From assembly GCA_964482075.1 (NCBI GenBank), contig CAYZVU010000001.1:343-64342 (forward strand): a stretch of 64,000 nt of DNA. The letters run 5' to 3'. The position numbers were made by a program, and so were the translations under genes. Of this stretch, positions 9,336 through 19,402 are shown piece after piece. The DNA comes from Candidatus Woesearchaeota archaeon. GTDB lineage: Archaea; Nanobdellota; Nanobdellia; Pacearchaeales; GW2011-AR1. Numbering within the stretch: the first letter of the stretch is position 1; each line of letters starts with the position of its first letter. The notes under the pieces were generated by a model, which ran no database searches, had not been told where the DNA came from, and saw only the letters and a program-made list of their open reading frames with translations.

Positions 9336-10237
9336 AAGCAAAATTATTAGATATTCACGGAAAAGAAAAATCACAAATTGATTTACCTAAATGTTTTTCT
9401 GTAAAACCTCGTGAAGATGTTGTTGCAAAAGTTTTGGAGACTCGAAAAACAAAACAACCCTATGGATCAAGTCCTCGAGCAGGAGCTCGTTCTGCAAGTG
9501 GGAATCTTGTTCATAGAAGACATGTCTGGAAGTCTCAATATGGACGAGGTATGTCCAGGGTTCCACGAAAAGCTATGTCTCGAAGAGGAACGCAATTCAA
9601 CTGGGTTGCTGCTGTGGCGCCAAATACTCGTGGTGGACGAAGGGCACACCCCCCAAAACCTATTTCTATGATTAACACATTAAAAATCAACAAAAAAGAA
9701 CTTCAGCTTGCGATGTTCTCTGCGTTAAGCGCAACAACTAATTCTAAACTTATTATAAAAAGATATGCTACATTGAATAAAGTAGATCAAAAATTTCCTC
9801 TTGTGGTAGAATCAAAATTAATCTCCCTTAAAGCAAAAGACTTTCTCAAAAGTATTCAAGAAATTTTAGGAAAAGATTTATTTAACTTATTAATTAAGAA
9901 AAAAGTTCAAAGAGCAGGAATTGGGAAAATGAGAGGAAGAAAATATAAATCAAACGCAGGGTTACTTTTAATCCAAGGTGAAAAAGAAAATTTAAAATCA
10001 AAACAAATTGAAGTTGTAAAAGTTAATGAGCTTGGAGTAAATGATTTGGCTAGAGGCGGGCTTGGAAGAATAACAATTTATACTGAAGAAGCAATTAAAT
10101 TTTTAGGTGGGAAAAAAGAAAAAGCGCCTAAGAAAAAACCTCAAATTAAGAAAGAAAGAAAAGTAAAGAAAAAAATTATAAAGAAAAAATCTACTAAAAA
10201 GAAAATGGAAAAGAAAATTAAGGAGAAGAAAAAATGA
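9332..10237 (+). CDS. rpl4: 50S ribosomal protein L4 with Lys-rich tail
   Basis: GRGMSRVPR, TRGGRRAHPP, RAGIGKMRGR. Confidence 0.97.
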   Translation: MKAKLLDIHGKEKSQIDLPKCFSVKPREDVVAKVLETRKTKQPYGSSPRAGARSASGNLVHRRHVWKSQYGRGMSRVPRKAMSRRGTQFNWVAAVAPNTRGGRRAHPPKPISMINTLKINKKELQLAMFSALSATTNSKLIIKRYATLNKVDQKFPLVVESKLISLKAKDFLKSIQEILGKDLFNLLIKKKVQRAGIGKMRGRKYKSNAGLLLIQGEKENLKSKQIEVVKVNELGVNDLARGGLGRITIYTEEAIKFLGGKKEKAPKKKPQIKKERKVKKKIIKKKSTKKKMEKKIKEKKK

Positions 10238-10470
10238 AACCTCTAGTAACTGAAAAAGCTGTTATGCTAATTGAAAGAGATAATGTTTTAACATTTGAAT
10301 TAGATAAAAGAAAAACAAAGGTTGAAATTAAAGAAGAAGTTGAAAAAGTATTCAATGTTAAAGTAGATGGAATTCGAACACTTATCCACGACAATAAAAA
10401 ACATGCTTATGTTAAATTAAATAAAAAGAATCTTGCTATTGATTTAGCAACGAAGCTGGGGATGATGTAG
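10234..10470 (+). CDS. rpl23: 50S ribosomal protein L23
   Basis: PLVTEKA..KHAYVKL; operon position. Confidence 0.95.
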   Translation: MKPLVTEKAVMLIERDNVLTFELDKRKTKVEIKEEVEKVFNVKVDGIRTLIHDNKKHAYVKLNKKNLAIDLATKLGMM

Positions 10471-10474
10471 TAAA

Positions 10475-11173
10475 ATGGGAAAAAGAATAATAACACAAAG
10501 ACGGGGAAGAGGGACTTCTACTTATAAAGTTAATAAAAAATCTTTTAGGTATAAAATCCAATACCCAAAATCACTTTCAGGCGAAGCAAAAGTTGTAAAG
10601 ATATTTAATTCTTCAGCTCATAGCTCACCTTTGGCGAAAATTTCAAATAGTGAAGGAAGTTTTTATATTCCTGCGTTTAAAGGAATGTTTGAAGGGCAAA
10701 AAATAAATTTTGATGAAAATAAAGTGTCTGAAGGGAATATATTAAAATTAAAAGACATACCTTTTAAAACAAAAGTATATTGTGTTGAATCAAAACCCGG
10801 AGATGGAGGAAAATTTGTTAAGAGTGCGGGGAATAAAGCGACAGTTAATAAGGAAGCTAATGGATACATTTTTATTGTAATGCCCTCAAAAAAAGAAAAG
10901 AAATTTCATCCAAATTGTAGAGCTGTGATTGGAATTATTGCTGGCGCTGGAAGATTAGATAAGCCAATTGTTAAAGCAGGTAAGCAATTTTATATTAAAA
11001 AAGCAAAAAGTAAATTATGGCCAAGAACTTCAGCGGTAAAGATGAATGCAATAGATCATCCGTTTGGATCGGGTAGAGCAAAGAATGTTAAGAGTAAGAT
11101 TGCTAAAAGAAATGCTCCTCCAGGACGAAAAGTTGGGTTACTAAGACCGAGAAGAACAGGTAAGAAAAAATAA
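10475..11173 (+). CDS. rpl2: 50S ribosomal protein L2
   Basis: MGKRIITQRRGRG, MNAIDHPFG, PPGRKVG. Confidence 0.97.
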   Translation: MGKRIITQRRGRGTSTYKVNKKSFRYKIQYPKSLSGEAKVVKIFNSSAHSSPLAKISNSEGSFYIPAFKGMFEGQKINFDENKVSEGNILKLKDIPFKTKVYCVESKPGDGGKFVKSAGNKATVNKEANGYIFIVMPSKKEKKFHPNCRAVIGIIAGAGRLDKPIVKAGKQFYIKKAKSKLWPRTSAVKMNAIDHPFGSGRAKNVKSKIAKRNAPPGRKVGLLRPRRTGKKK

Positions 11174-11174
11174 A

Positions 11175-11570
11175 ATGGAATTAAGAAAAAAACAATTTAA
11201 ATACAAAGGGCAAGCAATTGAAGAATTGCAAAAGCTAGATGTTAGAGAATTCTCAAAAATAGTTAAGTCTGGGAATAGAAGAAATATCCTTCGAAATTTC
11301 CAGAAGCATGAAGAATTTATCGCCCTTGCCAAAAAAAGAATTGAAAATAAAAAACAGATTAGAACTCATATTAGGGATTTGGTTATAACACCACAACTTG
11401 TAGGGATGAGACTTAATATTTACAATGGAAATAAATTTGTTCCTGTTGATATAACAGGAGACATGTTAGGACACAAATTTGGAGAATTTGCACCAACAAG
11501 AGCAAAGATTATGCATAGCAAATCTGGTGTTGGAGCAACAAAAGGAAGTAAAGTTATTTCAAAGAAATAA
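11175..11570 (+). CDS. rps19: 30S ribosomal protein S19
   Basis: IRTHIRD, MLGHKFGEFAPTR. Confidence 0.97.
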   Translation: MELRKKQFKYKGQAIEELQKLDVREFSKIVKSGNRRNILRNFQKHEEFIALAKKRIENKKQIRTHIRDLVITPQLVGMRLNIYNGNKFVPVDITGDMLGHKFGEFAPTRAKIMHSKSGVGATKGSKVISKK

Positions 11571-11571
11571 A

Positions 11572-12189
11572 ATGGTAAACACAGAAAAACCCACAACAAA
11601 AGCTGAAGCAAAGAAGCAAGCACCAGTGAATGCTTTAAAAAAAGAACAAATTAACAAAGCTCCAGCCGAAGCTAAAGTTAAAAAAGAAGAGATTAAAAAA
11701 GTCGACAAAAAACCAGTTAAAAAAACATCTTCAAAAAAGAACGTAGTTGTTGTAAACGCTCACAGCGTTCCGGTATCAGCCAAAACTGCAAAATATATTT
11801 GTAATTTTATTAAAAATAAATCAATTAAAAAAGCTCTCGAAGATTTGGATTTGGTATCTAATAAAAAAATTCCAGTTCCAATGAAAGGGGAAATCCCACA
11901 TAAGAAAGGAAAAGGAATGATGTCTGGGAGATACCCAAAACGAGCTGCACAAAATTTTGTTCCTTTATTAAAAGGTCTTCAAGGGAATGCAAATAATCAT
12001 GAATTGGAAAATCCAATTATCTCAGAAGCCATTGTTAACAAAGCGCAAAGACCTTTTGGAAGATTTGGGAAATGGCAAAGAAAAAGAGCACATATTACAT
12101 TAAAGGCTCGATCAAAAAAGATTAAAGAAGCAACACCTAAGAAAAATATTAAAGAAAATAAAAAAACAACTACAGAGGTTAAAAAATAA
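11572..12189 (+). CDS. rpl22: 50S ribosomal protein L22 with N-terminal Lys/Ala-rich extension (start moved)
   Basis: SGRYPKRAA, AHITL; position between S19 and S3. Confidence 0.93.
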   Translation: MVNTEKPTTKAEAKKQAPVNALKKEQINKAPAEAKVKKEEIKKVDKKPVKKTSSKKNVVVVNAHSVPVSAKTAKYICNFIKNKSIKKALEDLDLVSNKKIPVPMKGEIPHKKGKGMMSGRYPKRAAQNFVPLLKGLQGNANNHELENPIISEAIVNKAQRPFGRFGKWQRKRAHITLKARSKKIKEATPKKNIKENKKTTTEVKK

Positions 12190-12190
12190 T

Positions 12191-12871
12191 ATGGAAGAAA
12201 GAAACACAGTAAAACTCAAGAAAGAAGAATTATCTATTAAAGAGCATATTCAAAATTATCTTGGGAAGGGAAAAATAAGTAAAATCAGAATTGAATATAC
12301 TCCTGTTGGGGAAAGAATTCACTTAACAACGCACAAGCCAGGTTTAATTATCGGAAGAAAAGGAGAAAGAATCCAAGAACTTACAGCAGAATTAAAAAGA
12401 AATTTCAAGCTTACAAATCCTAAGGTTGAGATTGACGAAGTTACAGAACCGGAATTAGATGCAAAAATTATGGCAGATGAAATTGCATTGGGATTAGAAA
12501 GATTTGGTCCAGTTAAATTTAAAGTTATTGCATATAGAACTCTTCAAAAGATAATGAAAGCTGGTGCTCTTGGTGTTGAAATAAAATTAAATGGGAAGCT
12601 ACCAAGTTCAAGAGCTAAAAATTGGAGATTTGCCCAAGGATATTTAAAAAAAACTGGAGAGCCCTCTAAATTAGTTGATAGAGCACAATCAAGAGCACAA
12701 ACAAAACCTGGAACTGTTGGGGTAAATGTAAGTATACTTACTCCTTATGTTAAAATGATAGACAAAATAGATATTGATGAAAAATTATTAGCTAAATTAA
12801 AAGAAAATTCAGAAAGCGAAGTTGAAGAAGCTCCAAAGAAAAAAATTAAAAAGAAGACACGGAAAAAATGA
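12191..12871 (+). CDS. rps3: 30S ribosomal protein S3
   Basis: KPGLIIGRKG KH motif, GALGVEI..GKL. Confidence 0.97.
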   Translation: MEERNTVKLKKEELSIKEHIQNYLGKGKISKIRIEYTPVGERIHLTTHKPGLIIGRKGERIQELTAELKRNFKLTNPKVEIDEVTEPELDAKIMADEIALGLERFGPVKFKVIAYRTLQKIMKAGALGVEIKLNGKLPSSRAKNWRFAQGYLKKTGEPSKLVDRAQSRAQTKPGTVGVNVSILTPYVKMIDKIDIDEKLLAKLKENSESEVEEAPKKKIKKKTRKK

Positions 12872-13059
12872 AATATAAAGAAATAGAAAAAATAAATAAA
12901 CAAGATTTAGATAAGAAACTGAAAGATTTAAAACTAGAACTTGTTAAATCTAAAGTAGGGGCTTCAAAATCTGGTAGCTCAAGAATTAAACAGATTAAAA
13001 AAATAATCGCACGAATTCATACTCACAACAATAAACAAGTTAGTGAGAAAAATAAATAA
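12868..13059 (+). CDS. rpl29: 50S ribosomal protein L29
   Basis: RIKQIKKIIARIHT; operon position. Confidence 0.93.
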   Translation: MKYKEIEKINKQDLDKKLKDLKLELVKSKVGASKSGSSRIKQIKKIIARIHTHNNKQVSEKNK

Positions 13060-13060
13060 C

Positions 13061-13357
13061 ATGGAAATATGTGCAAAATGTGGCTTGCCAACGCAGGCCT
13101 GTGTGTGTGAGCAGATCGTAAAAAGCTCTCAAAGGATAAAAGTGTCGACAGACAAAAAACGGTACGGGAAGATCGTGACTCTCGTGTCGGGATTCGAAAG
13201 TGAAGTTGATGTAAGGAAGATTGCAAAAGCTCTAAAAAATGAGCTTGCTTGCGGAGGGACTTACAAAGACGACACAATAGAATTACAAGGAAACCATACA
13301 AAAAAAATAAAAGAACTTTTGGTTAAACTTGGATTTGAAGGAGACTCAATAAGTTAA
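13061..13357 (+). CDS. sui1: Translation initiation factor aIF-1/SUI1 (start moved)
   Basis: ICAKCGLP..CVCE, LACGGT, IELQGNH. Confidence 0.95.
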   Translation: MEICAKCGLPTQACVCEQIVKSSQRIKVSTDKKRYGKIVTLVSGFESEVDVRKIAKALKNELACGGTYKDDTIELQGNHTKKIKELLVKLGFEGDSIS

Positions 13358-13381
13358 ACACACAGAAGAGGTAATAAAAAA

Positions 13382-13740
13382 ATGGAAAACAAAATGAAAA
13401 AACAAAATGAAAAAGAAGCAAACGCAGTTGAAACTTTGCAAAATTGCGAAGATAAAAATTGCTCTGCTCATGGAAGTTTGAAAGTTAGAGGAAGAACCTT
13501 TAAGGGAATTGTTATTAGAAAGTTTAATAAAAGAATTACAATTGAATTTGAAAGAATGATTTATGTTAAAAAATTTGAAAGATATGCTAAATCAAAAACT
13601 AAAATTCATGCAAGACTTCCGGATTGTATGAAAAATTTAGTTCAAATTGGGGATTTAGTAAAAGTTCAAGAATGTAGACCTCTAAGTAAAATTATTCACT
13701 TTGTATTTGTTGAAAAAATTAAATCTATGGTGGATAAAAA

Positions 13741-13744
<4 letters not shown>
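13382..13744 (+). CDS. rps17: 30S ribosomal protein S17
   Basis: CEDKNCSAHG, KFERY, ECRPLSK. Confidence 0.96.
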
Positions 13745-14142
<398 letters not shown>

Positions 14143-14143
14143 A

Positions 14144-14620
14144 ATGAAAAAGAAATTTAGCACAGCATGGAAAGCGAGTAAGCAGCCTCGGAAACAAAGG
14201 AAATATATAGCTAATGCTCCGCTTCACCTAAGAAAAAAATTTGTTAGTGTGAATCTTGCAAAAGATTTAAGAGAGAAGCAAGGCAAAAGAAATCTTCCAT
14301 TAAAAAAAGGAGATAAAGTAAAAGTTATGAGAGGTAAATTTAAAAATAAACAAGGAAATATTTTAGAGGTAAAACTTAAAACAGGTAAAATTTATGTTGA
14401 AGGAATACAAACAAAGAAAAATGACGGTTCAAAAGTAAATGTATCTATGAGGGCTTCAAATCTACAGATCATTGAAATGATTGAAAGAACAAAAAAAGTA
14501 AAAAATAAAGTTGAAAAAACTAAAACGCCCAAGGGCGTACCCCGAGACTTTCCCAATACCCTAAAGGGCACAAGTAAAATGCCTACTGAGGGCAAAAAAT
14601 CAGCGGAAGTTAAAAAATGA
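14144..14620 (+). CDS. rpl24: 50S ribosomal protein L24 with C-terminal in-frame palindromic insert (start moved)
   Basis: SKQPRKQRKY..APLH, GDKVKVMRG. Confidence 0.96.
   Translation: MKKKFSTAWKASKQPRKQRKYIANAPLHLRKKFVSVNLAKDLREKQGKRNLPLKKGDKVKVMRGKFKNKQGNILEVKLKTGKIYVEGIQTKKNDGSKVNVSMRASNLQIIEMIERTKKVKNKVEKTKTPKGVPRDFPNTLKGTSKMPTEGKKSAEVKK
14525..14593 (+). repeat. GC-rich palindromic element inside rpl24
   Basis: Perfect hairpin ACGCCC-AA-GGGCGT plus CCCT-AA-AGGG; much more GC-rich than the flanks; encodes TPKGVPRDFPNTLKGTSKMPTEG. Confidence 0.55.
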
Positions 14621-15270
14621 CAAAACATGTAAAAAGGCATAAAATGCCAAAACAATGGCCAGTGGCAAAGAAAGGTACTACATTTGTAGTTAGACCAAGC
14701 TCAGATAAAGAAAAAGGAATTCCGATACTTATCCTGTTAAGAGATTTAATGCAAATAGCTCAAACTAAAAGGGAAGTTAAAAAAGCCATTCACCAAAAAC
14801 ATATTTTATTGAATAATAAACCAGTTAGAGACGAGAAACAAAGTACTCTTTTGTTTGATGTATTAACAATTGTCCCCTCTAAAAAGAATTACCGAGTAAT
14901 TTTATCTGAAAAGGGCAAATTTGACTTAGAAGAAATTAAAAGCCCTGATCAAGACAAGAAAATTTCAAAGGTAATAAATAAAAAGGTTTTGAAGGGCAAA
15001 AAAGTTCAGCTTAACTTAAGTGATGGAAGAAATATTTTAAGTGATATTAAATGTGAAGTTAATGATTCACTTTTAATTAATTTAAAAAATAGAAAAATTG
15101 AAAAGTGTTTACCATTAGAAGAAAAAGCGAAAGTTATTATTTTTGCTGGAAAGCACACAGGTAAAATGGGAAGTGTGGATAAAATTAAGGGAGAAGAACA
15201 CATCGCTAAACTTAATATTGATGGAGAAGAAGTTAATGTTTTAATTAAACAATTAATGGTGGTGTTATAA
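14617..15270 (+). CDS. rps4e: 30S ribosomal protein S4e
   Basis: HVKRHKMPKQWP, QLNLSDGRNI, GKHTG. Confidence 0.95.
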   Translation: MTKHVKRHKMPKQWPVAKKGTTFVVRPSSDKEKGIPILILLRDLMQIAQTKREVKKAIHQKHILLNNKPVRDEKQSTLLFDVLTIVPSKKNYRVILSEKGKFDLEEIKSPDQDKKISKVINKKVLKGKKVQLNLSDGRNILSDIKCEVNDSLLINLKNRKIEKCLPLEEKAKVIIFAGKHTGKMGSVDKIKGEEHIAKLNIDGEEVNVLIKQLMVVL

Positions 15271-15272
15271 AA

Positions 15273-15797
15273 ATGGCTGAAAATAATAAAAATATTATGA
15301 AAGAAAATATTATGAGAAAAATTAAAATAGAGAAAATTGTTTTAAACATAGGTGGGGTTGGGGAAGATCTTGAAAAGGGGTTTAAACTTTTAGAGTTATT
15401 AACTAAAAAGAAACCCTTGAAAACAAAATCTCGAAAAAGAATTCCGTCTCTTGGAGTTAGGCCTGGCTTAGAAATAGGAGCTGTTGTTACTCTCAGAAAA
15501 GATTATAAGGAATTGTTAGAAAAATTCTTTGTTACAATAGACAGACAGATAAAAAAGAAACAAGTTAGTGAAAATAATTTTTCATTTGGAATAAAAGAAT
15601 ATATTGAAATTCCTGGGATTGAATATCAAAGAGAAATAGGAATTATTGGTTTTGACATAACAATTGTTTTCAAAAGAACTGGCAGAAGAGTTAAGTTAAA
15701 AAAAATTAAGAGAGGAAAAGTTTCGCCAAAACAAATAATTTCAAAAGAAGAAATAATTAAATTTATGGAAGAAAACTTCCAGGTTGAGTTTATATAA
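15273..15797 (+). CDS. rpl5: 50S ribosomal protein L5
   Basis: IEKIVLNIG, IGAVVTLR, NFSFGIKEYIEIPG. Confidence 0.96.
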   Translation: MAENNKNIMKENIMRKIKIEKIVLNIGGVGEDLEKGFKLLELLTKKKPLKTKSRKRIPSLGVRPGLEIGAVVTLRKDYKELLEKFFVTIDRQIKKKQVSENNFSFGIKEYIEIPGIEYQREIGIIGFDITIVFKRTGRRVKLKKIKRGKVSPKQIISKEEIIKFMEENFQVEFI

Positions 15798-16027
15798 TGG
15801 GCGCTAGTGATTGGAAAAATATCTTGAAGCAGCTAGATGCGAAGCCAGCCGTTAAAGCGAAGTTTTTAAAACATAATAAACCAAAAGAAAGGAAGATTGG
15901 AATCGCTGTTAATAGATGTGAGCGATGTGGGAGATTTGGAGCACACATAAAATCATATGGATTAAATTTATGCCGACACTGTTTCAGAGAAATAGCTGAA
16001 GAAATCGGTTTCAAAAAATATAGTTAA
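15797..16027 (+). CDS. rps14: 30S ribosomal protein S14 (zinc type)
   Basis: CERCGR...LCRHCFREIA..IGFKKY. Confidence 0.96.
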   Translation: MGASDWKNILKQLDAKPAVKAKFLKHNKPKERKIGIAVNRCERCGRFGAHIKSYGLNLCRHCFREIAEEIGFKKYS

Positions 16028-16028
16028 A

Positions 16029-16409
16029 ATGTCACACGATATAGTTGCAGATGCACTAAACATGATAAGAAATGCGAAAAAAGCTAGAAAGAGCTCTGTT
16101 AAAGTTAAAATAATTTCTAATCTTTTAATAGAAGTTTTGAAAATTATGAAATCCAAGGGTGCGATTAAGAGATATAAAATAGAAAGTAAAGAAAAGGCCT
16201 TAACAATTGTTATTGGGGATTTAGTTGATTGTAAATCCATTAAACCGAGATTTACTGTTACTCAAGATCAAATCGAAAAATATAGAAGAAGATATTTGCC
16301 TTCAAGAAATATGGGCCAGGTTATTCTTTCAACAAATAAAGGCTTAATGACTCACGAAGAAGCAAAAGAACAAAAAATTGGAGGATGCTTAATTGCATAT
16401 TTTTATTAA
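16029..16409 (+). CDS. rps8: 30S ribosomal protein S8
   Basis: DIVADALNMI, STNKGLMTH, GGCLIAYFY. Confidence 0.96.
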   Translation: MSHDIVADALNMIRNAKKARKSSVKVKIISNLLIEVLKIMKSKGAIKRYKIESKEKALTIVIGDLVDCKSIKPRFTVTQDQIEKYRRRYLPSRNMGQVILSTNKGLMTHEEAKEQKIGGCLIAYFY

Positions 16410-16410
16410 A

Positions 16411-16953
16411 ATGAAAAAAGAATTATATCAAATAATAGAAGTTCCTGAAGGAATTGAAGCTAGTATTAATGGGAATGAATTAATTGTAAAAGGAAAAGAA
16501 GGAGAATTAAAAAGAGAATTTAATTTAGGAAAACTTGAATTTAATAAGAAGGACAATAAAATTACTATTGGAAATAAAAAATCTACTAAAACTGAAAAAA
16601 GGGCTATGAATACTATTGTTGCACATATAAAAAATATGCTAAAGGGAGTGGAAGAAAAATTTGAGTATCAACTTAAAATTTGCTTTAATCATTTTCCAAT
16701 AACAATTGATGCCAAAGAAGACCATGGAATAATTAAAAACTTTTTAGGAGAAAAAATTCCGAGAAGAGTTGAATTCCCAAAGGGGACAGATATTGATATT
16801 AAAAAAGATTTTATTACAGTTAGAGCTATGGATAAAGAATTAGCTGGGCAAGCAGCTGCAAATTTTGAGAAGGCTACAAAAGTTAGAAACAAAGATAGAA
16901 GAGTCTTCCAAGATGGAATTTTCATTACAAATAAAGCAGGAGCTGAAATTTAA
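16411..16953 (+). CDS. rpl6: 50S ribosomal protein L6 (start moved)
   Basis: HFPI, NFLGEK, DRRVFQDGIFI. Confidence 0.96.
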   Translation: MKKELYQIIEVPEGIEASINGNELIVKGKEGELKREFNLGKLEFNKKDNKITIGNKKSTKTEKRAMNTIVAHIKNMLKGVEEKFEYQLKICFNHFPITIDAKEDHGIIKNFLGEKIPRRVEFPKGTDIDIKKDFITVRAMDKELAGQAAANFEKATKVRNKDRRVFQDGIFITNKAGAEI

Positions 16954-16954
16954 A

Positions 16955-17356
16955 ATGGTAAAAAAATTTTTAAGAAGAACTTGGCATAAATATTCTAAAC
17001 TTGGGAAAGGAAGAAAGAAAAAACAAATTTGGAGAAGACCAACAGGAAGAGATAATAAGATGAGAGAGAAAAGAAAAGGTTATCCTGCTGTAGTTAGTAT
17101 CGGGTATAAAAAAGATCAAAATGATTCAGGAAAAATAAAAGAAAAAATTCCAGTCATGATTAAAAATGTTAATGAAATGGGCAACCTTAACAAAAATCAA
17201 ATTGCATTGATTGGGAACGTGGGTAAAAAAAGAAAAATTGAACTTGCTGAATTTGCTCAGAAAAATCAAATTGATATTTATAATTTAAACCCAAAAATAT
17301 ATTTGAAAAAAAATAAAAAAGTTGGAGAAAAATCAAAGGAGATAAAAACAAAATGA
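16955..17356 (+). CDS. rpl32e: 50S ribosomal protein L32e (start moved)
   Basis: WRRPTGRDNKMR, VSIGY. Confidence 0.94.
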   Translation: MVKKFLRRTWHKYSKLGKGRKKKQIWRRPTGRDNKMREKRKGYPAVVSIGYKKDQNDSGKIKEKIPVMIKNVNEMGNLNKNQIALIGNVGKKRKIELAEFAQKNQIDIYNLNPKIYLKKNKKVGEKSKEIKTK

Positions 17357-17760
17357 ATTTATTAAAAAAGAAAGAACTTGCGGCAAGAACATTAAAGGTT
17401 GGGAAAGCTCGAATTGTTTTTGTTGAAGAAAGGCTAGAAGAAATTAAAGAAGCGCTTACAAAACAAGATATAAGAGACCTTAAAAAAGATGGAGCAATAA
17501 AAGTAAAAGATGTTGCAGGCAGAAAAAAGGTTGTTAAAAATAAATCAAGAAGCCCAGGGAATATTAGAAAAAAACCAAACACCAGAAAAAAAGATTATGT
17601 TATTATGACTAGAAAATTGAGAAAATATGCTTTAAATATGAAAGAACAAGGAAAAGTATCTAAAGAAGATTTGACTGAAATAAGAAAAAGGATTAGAAAT
17701 AAAAAATTCCGAAGCAAAGCACATTTAAAAGAATATATCGGAGGAAAACAAAATGCTTAA
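17353..17760 (+). CDS. rpl19e: 50S ribosomal protein L19e
   Basis: LAARTLKVG..RI, DIRDL..DG.I, FRSKAHL. Confidence 0.94.
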   Translation: MNLLKKKELAARTLKVGKARIVFVEERLEEIKEALTKQDIRDLKKDGAIKVKDVAGRKKVVKNKSRSPGNIRKKPNTRKKDYVIMTRKLRKYALNMKEQGKVSKEDLTEIRKRIRNKKFRSKAHLKEYIGGKQNA

Positions 17761-18244
17761 AACAATAAAAAGAAGAAGAAAAGAAAATAAAACAGACTAT
17801 CTTAAGAGAATTAGATTACTTAGAAGTGAAACCCCAAGAATTGTTTTGAGAAGAACAAATAAACATTTTATTGCTCATTACACAACGAGTGAATCTGCCC
17901 AAGATAAAATTGTTTTTGGAATGACCTCTAAAGAACTTTTAAAATATGGCTTGTCAGAATCTGCAAAAGGAAGTTTAAAATCTATCTCTACAGCATATTT
18001 ATTTGGAGTGTTAATCGGTAAACAGATTCTTGATAAAAAACTGACCACGCCAATTGTAGACTTAGGAATGATGAAAACTCTTCACAAATCAAAGCCATAT
18101 GCTTTCTTGAAAGGTTTAATTGAAGCAGGGTTAGAAATTAATTGTAAAGAAGAGGCCTTCCCTTCTGAAGAGAGAATTAGAGGAGAACACTTAAAAAATA
18201 AGATTAATGTTGAAGAAATTAAATTGAAGATTTTAGGAAAATAA
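17753..18244 (+). CDS. rpl18: 50S ribosomal protein L18
   Basis: RRRKENKTDY..R, RIVLRRTN, AYLFG. Confidence 0.95.
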   Translation: MLKTIKRRRKENKTDYLKRIRLLRSETPRIVLRRTNKHFIAHYTTSESAQDKIVFGMTSKELLKYGLSESAKGSLKSISTAYLFGVLIGKQILDKKLTTPIVDLGMMKTLHKSKPYAFLKGLIEAGLEINCKEEAFPSEERIRGEHLKNKINVEEIKLKILGK

Positions 18245-18245
18245 A

Positions 18246-19040
18246 ATGGAAGAAAATAAAAAAGACGAATATGCAGAGAAACCTGAAGAAGTTTTGAATG
18301 AAAAAGACTTAAAGGAACTTGAAGAATTGAAAAAGAAAGCAGCGCCAGTTGTAGAAACAAAAAGGAAAAGATATACTGGACCTACAACAGAAGAGATTCT
18401 TGCAGCATGGAAACCAAAGACAAAATTAGGGAAAGATGTTAATGATAAAAAAATAAAAAATATTGATGAAATCTTAGATGCGAACATGAAAATTCTTGAG
18501 CCAGAAATTGTAGATTCACTTATTACAGTTAAATCTGATTTAATTTCTATTGGACAATCTAAGGGGAAATTCGGTGGCGGAAAAAGACGTGCTTGGAGAC
18601 AAACTCAAAGAAAAACTAAAGAAGGAAATGTCCCGACATTCTCTGCACTTGCTGTTGTCGGTGATGAAAATGGGCATATTGGAATTGGAACTGGAAGGGC
18701 AAAAGAAACTCTTCCTTCAAGAGATAAATCTGTTAGAAAAGCTAAATTAAATTTAATAAAAATTAAGCGAGATTGCGCGGCATTTGATTGTTCTTGTTCA
18801 GAGCCTCATACTGTCCCATTTGAGGTTACAGGGAAGTCTGGGAGTGTTAGAATAACTCTTATCCCTGCTCCACAAGGAACTGGCTTAGTTGTAGGAAATG
18901 AATTAAAGAAGGTTTTAAAACTTGCAGGAATTAAGGATGTTTATTCAAAAACATTTGGAAGAAAGAGAACAACTTTTAATTTTGTTAAAGCTTGTGTTGA
19001 TGCTTTGGAAAAAACAAATGTTAGGGAAGATAAAAAATGA
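18246..19040 (+). CDS. rps5: 30S ribosomal protein S5
   Basis: WKPKTKLG, VVGDENGHIG, PAPQGTGLV. Confidence 0.96.
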   Translation: MEENKKDEYAEKPEEVLNEKDLKELEELKKKAAPVVETKRKRYTGPTTEEILAAWKPKTKLGKDVNDKKIKNIDEILDANMKILEPEIVDSLITVKSDLISIGQSKGKFGGGKRRAWRQTQRKTKEGNVPTFSALAVVGDENGHIGIGTGRAKETLPSRDKSVRKAKLNLIKIKRDCAAFDCSCSEPHTVPFEVTGKSGSVRITLIPAPQGTGLVVGNELKKVLKLAGIKDVYSKTFGRKRTTFNFVKACVDALEKTNVREDKK

Positions 19041-19402
19041 AAATTGCAATAATAAGAATTAAAGGACAAATTGGATTGAGAAAGGCTGTAGCTGAAACTT
19101 TATTTAGACTTCGTCTTCGAAGAAAATATGCTTGTGTCGTAATTGATAATCCTTCTAAAGAACAACTTGGGATGATTAAGAAAGTTCAAAATTTTGTAGC
19201 ATTTGGAGAAATTGGAGAAGAAATGTATAAAGAATTAGTTAAAAAAAGGGGACAAAAAAATGTAAAAGGAGAATTAAAACCTTTTTTCAGATTGCACCCT
19301 CCTAGAAAAGGAATTGAAGCTAAAAAACATTTTGGAGTTGGGAAAGGAGTTTTAGGAGATCATAAAACTAAAATAAATGAATTAATAGAGAGGATGTTAT
19401 AA
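19037..19402 (+). CDS. rpl30: 50S ribosomal protein L30
   Basis: AIIRIKG, FRLHPPRKG, INELIERML. Confidence 0.95.
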   Translation: MKIAIIRIKGQIGLRKAVAETLFRLRLRRKYACVVIDNPSKEQLGMIKKVQNFVAFGEIGEEMYKELVKKRGQKNVKGELKPFFRLHPPRKGIEAKKHFGVGKGVLGDHKTKINELIERML

